Of a DNA stretch of 32,521 nt, positions 1-6,411 are shown piece by piece. The notes beneath the pieces were generated by a model. The model was not told the origin of the DNA. It searched no databases and saw only the letters and a list, made by a program, of their open reading frames with translations. Source of the stretch: a virus (lineage: Duplodnaviria; Caudoviricetes); the IMG/VR virus record IMGVR_UViG_3300033513_000038, positions 1-32,521 of that record. One strand, written 5' to 3'. Position 1 is the stretch's first letter, and each line of letters starts with the position of its first letter. The position numbers and the translations under genes were made by a program.

Positions 1-232
1 GTCTATGGGTGGGAAGCCCCCAGAGATTAGACCCGCCCCAGCACGCTATGAGGTCGCCAAGGCGTTATCGCAAGCTACTTGATACCTACACCTATCCGCG
101 CGCTCGATGCGCTTATAGCGCGTTCTAGTGGGTTTTGGGGGATGCGTGCCAGGATGGACTACACGGGGCTAGGCGCAGCGATTGATCCTAGCGGATAGGG
201 TAGTACATGGGCGGATGATGCGCGGCTATGGT

Positions 233-334
233 GCATGATCAGCAGGGCAGCATGATCAGCAGGGCAGCATGATCAGCAGGGCAGCATGATCAGCAGGGCA
301 GCATGATCAGCAGGGCAGCATGATCAGCAGGGCA
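233..334. repeat. Tandem array, 6 perfect copies of 17-bp GCATGATCAGCAGGGCA
   Basis: Read directly; units start at 233, 250, 267, 284, 301, 318; no spacers; one GATC per unit. Confidence 0.97.
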
Positions 335-339
335 CAAAT

Positions 340-372
340 AAAAAAAAATCCCCAGCCTGTTAGAGCCGGGGA
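340..372 (-). terminator. Rho-independent terminator for the leftward early genes
   Basis: Minus strand TCCCCGGC-loop-GCTGGGGA stem (one G-U) followed by 9 T. Confidence 0.85.
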
Positions 373-412
373 CAAGTGGCGCGCAATGCGCCAGGGGTTA
401 AAGGGTGCGCCG

Positions 413-469
413 CTATTCTCGGGGCGGGCGCGATAGGATGACTAGCAAGAGGGCGAGCAGGTAGAGCAT
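413..469 (-). CDS. Possible 18-aa hydrophobic peptide MLYLLALLLVILSRPPRE
   Basis: ATG preceded by GAGGT, directly after the stop of the 66-aa gene; below the ORF-track cutoff. Confidence 0.35.
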   Translation of the reverse strand: MLYLLALLLVILSRPPRE

Positions 470-473
470 GGGG

Positions 474-674
474 TTATACCTCGACGGGCGCATATTGCGC
501 ACCGTTCCAAACTTGCAAGCGATCCGCAGTTATTGGCTCGCGCGTACTGCGCGCGGCTTCCGACAGTGCGTCGGCGTCATTCTTTGCGCCTATCATTATC
601 CAGCCATAGCCGCCCATATAGCGGTAGCTAATCAGGCCGGAAGCCGCGCAGGGTTTATTGCATATCGTTAGCAT
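474..674 (-). CDS. Hypothetical early protein (66 aa)
   Basis: ORF with AAGGGGG RBS, co-oriented in the early cassette. Confidence 0.75.
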   Translation of the reverse strand: MLTICNKPCAASGLISYRYMGGYGWIMIGAKNDADALSEAARSTREPITADRLQVWNGAQYAPVEV

Positions 675-677
675 AAT

Positions 678-776
678 TTATTCCCCCTTCATTATCTGAC
701 TAATCGGACATACGCGCGCCCACAATGCGCGGCGATGATGCCAGCGGATCAATTGTTGCAGGTATGAGGTGCGCAT
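678..776 (-). CDS. Possible 32-aa peptide MRTSYLQQLIRWHHRRALWARVCPISQIMKGE
   Basis: Fills the gap between the two neighbouring minus-strand genes with 2-3 nt spacing. Confidence 0.4.
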   Translation of the reverse strand: MRTSYLQQLIRWHHRRALWARVCPISQIMKGE

Positions 777-778
777 GA

Positions 779-1216
779 TTAACGCTCATCAAATACGTGA
801 TACAGCGTGCCGTCAATGGTCAGTTCATCCTCGCCATTATCATAGCTGTTGAAGTGATGCCCGTATCCGTCGGCGCTGGCGTAAGCCTGTTGCAGTTCGT
901 CAAGTTTACCCAAGCTGACAATCAGCTTGCCGATAGCCTCAAATGCTTCTGCCTTTTGCATTGCCTCGATAACCTCCTGATCTATTCCTGCCACGTCGGC
1001 GATGAACCATGCGTTAAAACATCCGAGAATGTACAAATCATCCCCGAGCTGTTCCGTCTGGATACGGTCAATGTCGGCGCTGTTGATGAAACGCACATTG
1101 TCAACCGTAAAATCGTCGGCACCAGCTTCGATACTTTCCACAACTTCGCGCCAGTCTGGCGTGCTGAACAGGTCGGCGCAGAAGTTTTTGATTTTCTTGC
1201 AGTCGGCGTATTTCAT
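779..1216 (-). CDS. Acidic early protein (145 aa), possible antirestriction/DNA mimic
   Basis: ATG at 1216 after GGGGATAGGA; about 30 D/E versus 11 K/R by hand count; function inferred only. Confidence 0.75.
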   Translation of the reverse strand: MKYADCKKIKNFCADLFSTPDWREVVESIEAGADDFTVDNVRFINSADIDRIQTEQLGDDLYILGCFNAWFIADVAGIDQEVIEAMQKAEAFEAIGKLIVSLGKLDELQQAYASADGYGHHFNSYDNGEDELTIDGTLYHVFDER

Positions 1217-1231
1217 TTTCCTATCCCCCAA

Positions 1232-1321
1232 TTAAGCCAGCACTGCCGGCAGGTTAGATTTCAGGAATTGCTCAAGAGTCAGTTCGATTTTTGCGCCATT
1301 CTTCAATTGTACGGTAATCAT
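1232..1321 (-). CDS. Small 29-aa protein MITVQLKNGAKIELTLEQFLKSNLPAVLA
   Basis: First ORF after the promoter at 1374-1401; AAGGGG RBS. Confidence 0.55.
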   Translation of the reverse strand: MITVQLKNGAKIELTLEQFLKSNLPAVLA

Positions 1322-1373
1322 TTTGTAGCCCCTTATGTTTTACCTGGTGCATTTGTTCCGCCCAGTGGTTGCC

Positions 1374-1401
1374 ACTTTAACAGGTATTTAGTTCCGGTCA
1401 A
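1374..1401 (-). promoter_or_regulatory. Sigma70 promoter of the early cassette with operator GGTATTTAGTTCC (1383-1395)
   Basis: Minus strand TTGACC-16-TAAAGT with extended TGn; operator motif lies in the spacer. Confidence 0.7.
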
Positions 1402-1471
1402 GCGATTTTCACGGAATAATCGCTTAATTATTGTGCAAAGCCCGTAGATATTGAAAAGAAAATGCAAAAAT

Positions 1472-1480
1472 TGTGGATAA
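1472..1480 (-). promoter_or_regulatory. Perfect DnaA-box consensus TTATCCACA
   Basis: TGTGGATAA on plus strand between an A-rich tract and the 24-bp array; single copy, could be chance. Confidence 0.4.
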
Positions 1481-1486
1481 CTTTCT

Positions 1487-1686
1487 AGTTATCGCCGCGG
1501 CACCGGTGGGAGTTATCGCCGCGGCACCGGTGGGAGTTATCGCCGCGGCACCGGTGGGAGTTATCGCCGCGGCACCGGTGGGAATTATCGCCGCGGCATC
1601 GGTGGGAATTATCGCCGCGGCACCGGTGGGAATTATCGCCGCGGCATCGGTGGGAATTATCGCCGCGGCACCGGTGGGAATTATCG
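1487..1686. repeat. Tandem array, 8.3 copies of 24-bp A(G/A)TTATCGCCGCGGCA(C/T)CGGTGGG
   Basis: Read directly; units at 1487+24n; two variable positions; no spacers. Confidence 0.97.
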
Positions 1687-1720
1687 AAAAAAAAATCCCC
1701 CACTTTTTACGGTGGGGGAT
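1687..1720 (-). terminator. Rho-independent terminator for the HTH operon
   Basis: ATCCCCCAC/GTGGGGGAT stem followed on the minus strand by a T tract (A9 at 1687-1695). Confidence 0.85.
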
Positions 1721-1771
1721 CAAGGGGCGCGCGGTAGCTTTGGAGGAGGTGCGCGCCCTGGGGCAATTCCA

Positions 1772-1832
1772 TATTTCCTACTAGGTTTTGTGGCTATTTA
1801 ACCCTATTTCCTACTAGGTTTTGTGGCTATTT
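1772..1832. repeat. Two copies of 28-bp TATTTCCTACTAGGTTTTGTGGCTATTT (33-bp period)
   Basis: Copies at 1772-1799 and 1805-1832. Confidence 0.95.
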
Positions 1833-1853
1833 GGCGCGATTTGCGCGCACAGT

Positions 1854-1922
1854 TTTCAGGTCGCACTTTCAGGTCGCACTTTCAGGTCGCACTTTCAGGT
1901 CGCACTTTCAGGTCGCACTTTC
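1854..1922. repeat. Tandem array, 5.3 copies of 13-bp TTTCAGGTCGCAC
   Basis: Units at 1854+13n; the last unit carries the stop codon of the 1908-2126 gene. Confidence 0.97.
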
Positions 1923-2126
1923 CGGCGCGTCACACATGATTCCCACGCGACCACCTGGCACCAGATCAAATGGCAACCCGAGTATCGTTTCCCAATCATC
2001 CGTGACAAGCCGCGCGCCGGTAGCAAGTCGCACTTTGCGCAGCTTCGGCATCAGGTCACGCCCGATGATGAACCGACGATTCTGGCCGGGGCACGACAGT
2101 GCCAGATTGCGCAGCGTGTCGATCAT
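1908..2126 (-). CDS. Hypothetical protein (72 aa)
   Basis: ATGA overlap with the HTH gene; GGAGG RBS. Confidence 0.7.
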   Translation of the reverse strand: MIDTLRNLALSCPGQNRRFIIGRDLMPKLRKVRLATGARLVTDDWETILGLPFDLVPGGRVGIMCDAPESAT

Positions 2127-2317
2127 GCCACCTCCGCCAACGCAACTTGCACTTTCTCCCATTCAAGCATGCCGATATTTACCGAATCAGCATTGCTCTC
2201 CCACTTGCGAACCGCCCTTTCTGTGACATACAGCATCTTTCCAAATTGCACTTGGGTCATGCCGAGCGCAAGTCGCGCTTCTCGCACTTGGTCGGGGGTT
2301 GGTTGCTTGGTTGTCAT
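2123..2317 (-). CDS. XRE-family helix-turn-helix regulator (64 aa)
   Basis: VREARLALGMTQVQFGKMLYVTERAVRKWE is a classic HTH_XRE signature; GGAG RBS. Confidence 0.9.
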   Translation of the reverse strand: MTTKQPTPDQVREARLALGMTQVQFGKMLYVTERAVRKWESNADSVNIGMLEWEKVQVALAEVA

Positions 2318-2378
2318 GCGGTTCTCCGGCTCGTTGGTGTCAACCGGCGGGCACATGGTGAACGCCGATGCAGGTTGC

Positions 2379-2408
2379 ACTCTAAGGCATATCATTCCGG
2401 TTTGTCAA
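2379..2408 (-). promoter_or_regulatory. Sigma70 promoter of the HTH gene with operator GGCATATCATTCC (2386-2398)
   Basis: Minus strand TTGACA-18-TAGAGT; operator in the spacer. Confidence 0.65.
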
Positions 2409-2411
2409 GGG

Positions 2412-2698
2412 TGAAAGCCATCCCCAGCAGTTGAAAGCCATTTGCATCTTCGTCCGTCACTCGTCCGTATCAAACGGACGCGCTGAAAGCCATTATACAC
2501 ACTGCTTCCATTCATTACGTCCGTTACATATCCTAAATTGATAGACAGAAAATATAGGGGGAGAGAGGGTGTGGGGGAGGGTGGAGAGGGAGAATAGGAG
2601 TATTTACGGACGCACGGACGGCAAATCGGTAAGTGCGTGATTTACAAAGAAAAACGGCGCGCCCGTTAGGTTCGCGCCGTCCGTACCAATAACGGTCG
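2412..2698. other. Putative replication origin
   Basis: Non-coding DNA just downstream of the prim-pol/helicase; 7 exact CGTCCGT/ACGGACG heptamers in both orientations, 3 TGAAAGCCAT, central AT-rich and purine tract. Confidence 0.65.
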
Positions 2699-2701
2699 AA
2701 A

Positions 2702-4963
2702 TTACCGAGAAATTTGTGAAGCCTGATAATTTTTCACAATTTGATCTTGATCTGTCAAAATCACCAGTTCCGACCCTTTTTTGACGTACAACTTGGCCCT
2801 GCAACCATCCACAAAAGTCGGAACGGACGTGCGCCCTTCCGGCAGATGCGGATGCACAACATAGCCCAACGCGCGCAATATCCGCCCGCGCAACTGTGGT
2901 GAAGTGGCGCGACGGGACTCTTCCAGCACCTTTTTAACCGCAGCACTCGAAACCCATCCGTTCATCAGTCCTGGTGTCGAATTGGCGTCGATGTACTCTT
3001 TCAACTCTTGCTCCAATGGCCCGAGAGAGTGCGCGATAGCGTCATCTGTGCTCGACGTGCGTGGCGCGCGATGCAGTTTGCCAGCAGGATTCATGTCATC
3101 AGGTATGGCAAACGTGTACAAATAGTGCGATATGCACTCGTAGCCCCCGCCATCCGCCCATTTGAACAAGTTGGGGAAGTATTCGCCACCCATGCCATCC
3201 CGCACGATGTCAGCGTATTCCTGCTGCGCCATGTGGAACAGGCCGTAGCGCCGCTCGTTTTCGTCGATCGGCATGTCACCCTTACCATTGACGAACATGA
3301 TGAAATTGGCGCGATTGTCGCCCGTGACTTGATCTGAACCTTTGCTTTGCATCTCGACGCGCCGGTTCGTTATGAGCGGCTTAAGCGTTTCCAGCAACTC
3401 GCGCTTTTCATGTGTGCTCAGTTCCTCGACGATGATCGCCAGCTTGCCCCGAAGCCATCCTGTGAACTTGTTTCCGATGTCGGCACTGTTTGGGCGATGG
3501 CAGTACCTATCACCCAGCGCGCGCTCGATGCTTGTTCCAATCAATGTCTTACCATTCCCTTTCGCACCTTGCACTACCGGGCACCATTGAAACTTCACAC
3601 CGGGGTTCTGCACCATCGCCGCCATGTAACTCAGCAATAGCGTTCGGTCGCGCTCATCCGGCAACACGCGCTGCATGTAATCGAGGAACGGCGCAACATC
3701 GCCTTCGCGTCGCACCGTGTCAATCGGCCACCAGATGTTTGCGAGACGCTGGCCGCCCTCACGGATCAATGCACCTGGAGGCAACTCCGGCCGGAAGCAC
3801 GTCGTCTCGGCGCGCGGCGCGTCGTAGGCCTGATTCAGCAGAAATGCCTCCCACGCCGATTTGCTCGGCGCGCCAGCGTTCTCGTTGTTCATGATGAACG
3901 AGAAGCCCCCAATCATGTTGTCGAACCGTTGACGGTCTAGAAGCCATCCGCCCGGCACAAGGATGCGGTTCTCCGATCCGATATACACGCAGCCTGCGAA
4001 TAGCGTGTTCATCTGCTGCTCTGGTGAAATCAGCCGGCTACCTGTTACTACGCGGGCCTTCGGCAGCGAGTGTTCCGTTACTGGTGTTGCGACCATTCCT
4101 TGCCCGAATCCAATGGCGGATGTGTCGAGCGGTTTGCGGCGCTTCGGATTGACCCAGCCGTGTTCTTCGGCAAGTGTGAATATGCGAGCAACGCCCGTAT
4201 GCTCACCGCGAAAAGACCGCCACTTCCGAGCGTCCTGTTTCGGATTATGCTTTTCCGATGTCGCAGACCATTCCATCCAAAGCTCGAATCCGGCATCTCC
4301 GAGCTTGCATAACGCCTGTCCAGCCTGTATCCATGTGTCTCGGTTATCAGCGGGAACGTGTGACAGTGCGTCACGCAGTTCAGCAATGTCGAAGTCGGTT
4401 CGTTCTTCGTACTGTATTGGCGTGCGCTCAAGTCGCACCGTTTCTCCACGGGCCTGGCGCAACACGGACTCGACATAAAACGAGATGTCGGACGGTGTTA
4501 GTTCCGAAAGAGCATCTCCTGTAACGGTGAAGAAGCGCCCAGCCGAATACGCTTCAATACCGTCGTCGGCACTCCCTATAGCTTGAAATGGTGTGCCGAA
4601 TCCTATGGCGTGAACGCCATCCTTATTCGGTGATCGCTCACAATACGTCACTGCCGACAGTATGGAAGCGTATGCGCTGAGTTCGATACGCTCAGACATC
4701 TTGTCCATATCAATCCCCTGCCACCCATTTGTTAGTGCAAATCCTAGACCCGCGTATTGCCCGGTTGACATCGCCGACACTGCGTCGTCGAATGTGCCGA
4801 ATCTCGCCTGATCTTCCGGCGAGTCAAGGGTTCCTTGTCGTGGTATTCCCGACACATAGAACGGGACTTTGCGAGGTTTTGCAGATGCGTCATCTGATAC
4901 GGCTTTCCAAACGAGCCATTGTTTTGCAGCGCGCATCGCTGCTGGAATTTTGGTGTAAGTCAT
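2702..4963 (-). CDS. Primase-polymerase/helicase (NrS-1-like: prim-pol, PriCT-2, C-terminal P-loop NTPase), 753 aa
   Basis: WLVWK..KPRKVP, GIDMD, ERSP..GVH and IEAYSAGRFFTVTG prim-pol motifs; PriCT-2-like RDTWIQAGQAL..LWMEWS; Walker A GAKGNGKT, Walker B IIVEE. Confidence 0.92.
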   Translation of the reverse strand: MTYTKIPAAMRAAKQWLVWKAVSDDASAKPRKVPFYVSGIPRQGTLDSPEDQARFGTFDDAVSAMSTGQYAGLGFALTNGWQGIDMDKMSERIELSAYASILSAVTYCERSPNKDGVHAIGFGTPFQAIGSADDGIEAYSAGRFFTVTGDALSELTPSDISFYVESVLRQARGETVRLERTPIQYEERTDFDIAELRDALSHVPADNRDTWIQAGQALCKLGDAGFELWMEWSATSEKHNPKQDARKWRSFRGEHTGVARIFTLAEEHGWVNPKRRKPLDTSAIGFGQGMVATPVTEHSLPKARVVTGSRLISPEQQMNTLFAGCVYIGSENRILVPGGWLLDRQRFDNMIGGFSFIMNNENAGAPSKSAWEAFLLNQAYDAPRAETTCFRPELPPGALIREGGQRLANIWWPIDTVRREGDVAPFLDYMQRVLPDERDRTLLLSYMAAMVQNPGVKFQWCPVVQGAKGNGKTLIGTSIERALGDRYCHRPNSADIGNKFTGWLRGKLAIIVEELSTHEKRELLETLKPLITNRRVEMQSKGSDQVTGDNRANFIMFVNGKGDMPIDENERRYGLFHMAQQEYADIVRDGMGGEYFPNLFKWADGGGYECISHYLYTFAIPDDMNPAGKLHRAPRTSSTDDAIAHSLGPLEQELKEYIDANSTPGLMNGWVSSAAVKKVLEESRRATSPQLRGRILRALGYVVHPHLPEGRTSVPTFVDGCRAKLYVKKGSELVILTDQDQIVKNYQASQISR

Positions 4964-5466
4964 AGCGCCCCCGACTGACCGTGCTCGAATCTCGCAGACC
5001 GCGCAGCTATGCACGCAGAGATAGTTTTGTCGCACGGATCATCTTCGACCCAATAGCCAGGCTCACCCCATTTGTTCCAACAGTAGTAACTGATCGAGAA
5101 GTTCATCTCGTGATACCCGACTTCTTCGTTCGAAACATATCCGAGCAACCCGCCACAAATTTTTCGCGCGTCAATTTCGCCGACGATGAACACCACTGGC
5201 AGCTTTGAATCGGTACACAATTCTGCGGCCTTGTGCAAGTCGTCCGGCGTCGGATTCTGACCTTTCACTTCGATGTAAAACAGCCCCGCGCCAGTCGTCG
5301 GATCAATCACCAAGAAGTCCGGCAAATAGCGCGTTCCATCAGAGAATTCAAAACCTTCCAGTTCATATCGCCATTTCCAACCGATGTTGTCGAGAAATAT
5401 AGCGACACGTGCCTCAAGACGTGAGCGAAAGTGATACCCGTTGTAGTGCGTTTGGATTGGTTGCAT
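4960..5466 (-). CDS. PD-(D/E)XK endonuclease-like protein
   Basis: FRSRLEAR..WRYE..YLPDF..YIEVKG; ATGA overlap with the primase gene. Confidence 0.85.
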   Translation of the reverse strand: MQPIQTHYNGYHFRSRLEARVAIFLDNIGWKWRYELEGFEFSDGTRYLPDFLVIDPTTGAGLFYIEVKGQNPTPDDLHKAAELCTDSKLPVVFIVGEIDARKICGGLLGYVSNEEVGYHEMNFSISYYCWNKWGEPGYWVEDDPCDKTISACIAARSARFEHGQSGAL

Positions 5467-5475
5467 TTTAGAGTC

Positions 5476-5559
5476 CTTGTTCGACAGTGAGTGAGTAGGT
5501 GACGGCTTTCAGGTGGAACAAGCACCCGAAACTTACGCAGGCTCCCCCGACCGTCGAAC
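5476..5559 (-). promoter_or_regulatory. Structured leader of the nuclease gene
   Basis: 9-bp hairpin 5507-5531 whose loop CUUGUUC complements GAACAAG at the RBS; competing 10-bp stem 5550-5559/5479-5488. Confidence 0.55.
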
Positions 5560-5587
5560 TGGATAGTAGCGGCGACTCATCGCGCTG

Positions 5588-5893
5588 TCAACCAATCGCT
5601 GCAAGCGCCCGCGCGCGCACCGCCACCGGCAAACGTGCCACAACCGGATCACGTGCCACAATCCCTTGCGCCACGACAACCCAGTCCTCGACACGCACCG
5701 CCTCGCGCATCACCGCGCGCCGCACCTGCATCATATCGCCCACATGTGCCGATATGAGACTTGCGCTACATCCGGCACGCTCTGCAATCATGGCGCGCGT
5801 GATGCGTGTGTAGCCGTGCCGACGTGCCAGGTGTAGCGCGGCGGCGAGGATGGTGCGGATGCGGAGTTGGGGGGTTTGGCGCATTTGGGTCAC
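5588..5893 (-). CDS. TetR-like HTH DNA-binding protein
   Basis: RTILAAALHLARRHGYTRITRAMIAERAGCSASLISAH resembles the TetR N-terminal HTH. Confidence 0.8.
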   Translation of the reverse strand: MTQMRQTPQLRIRTILAAALHLARRHGYTRITRAMIAERAGCSASLISAHVGDMMQVRRAVMREAVRVEDWVVVAQGIVARDPVVARLPVAVRARALAAIG

Positions 5894-6408
5894 TCGGACA
5901 GATATTGGCGCACGATTTCGATTTGTGCGGCATCGGCGGCATCGGCGGCATAGGCGGCACGGGCGGTATCGGCGGCATCGGCGGCATAGGCGGCGGCATA
6001 GGCGGCACGGGCGGTATCGGCGGCATCGGCGGCATAGGCGGCGGCATAGGCGGCGGCATAGGCGGCATAGGCGGCGGCATCCTGCGAAATCTTCCCCGTC
6101 ATAAAATTACGCGCCGCTTGAATCGCCTCACGTGGGCGCTTGTCGTCAGGATATGCGGCCTCAAAAACATGCAACGACTGCTCTGCGAATCGACACGCCA
6201 ACTCGACACACGCATGGCGCGAATCCTCGACTGTTGCACGCAAGCACCACAGCGTGTCTTGTACGCCGTTTGATTCGAGGACGGTCAGCAGATCGAGCGT
6301 GTCGTCATCAGCAGCGGTTTTGTCGAGATGTTTCAGCAGTTTCTCCCAGCCAGATTTGCAAGGCGACGCGGCGCGGATGCAGTTAAGCGTTGTTGTTAGA
6401 CGTGGCAT
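5890..6408 (-). CDS. Phage protein with Imm5-like domain and Ala-rich (AAY/AAD) tail
   Basis: ACRFAEQSLHVFEAAYPDDKRPREAIQAAR; AAGGAG RBS. Confidence 0.8.
   Translation of the reverse strand: MPRLTTTLNCIRAASPCKSGWEKLLKHLDKTAADDDTLDLLTVLESNGVQDTLWCLRATVEDSRHACVELACRFAEQSLHVFEAAYPDDKRPREAIQAARNFMTGKISQDAAAYAAYAAAYAAAYAADAADTARAAYAAAYAADAADTARAAYAADAADAAQIEIVRQYLSE
5927..6080. repeat. Coding low-complexity repeat GGCGGCAT(A/C)
   Basis: Encodes the AAY/AAD repeats on the minus strand. Confidence 0.9.
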
Positions 6409-6411
6409 TTG

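Noticed and set aside
1424-1784. ORFs 1424-1723, 1473-1784 and 1485-1703
   Set aside because: They are open only because the 24-bp unit has no stop in those frames; no RBS, and they run across a terminator
233-1922. CRISPR array call for the 17-, 24- or 13-bp repeats
   Set aside because: Units are head-to-tail with no unique spacers, and there is no cas operon; the Cas4-like gene is the ordinary phage DUF2800 replication nuclease
2123-2317. Lysogeny module inferred from the XRE regulator
   Set aside because: No integrase, att site, partition genes or CI-type peptidase domain in the window; lifestyle cannot be determined
5506-5514. CTTTCAGGT shared between the nuclease leader and the 13-bp array
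   Set aside because: A single 9-nt match is compatible with chance in 32 kb
5766-6273. Pro-, Gly- or Arg/His-rich ORFs over the GGCGGCAT repeats
   Set aside because: Shadow frames of the Ala-rich tail of the real gene 5890-6408
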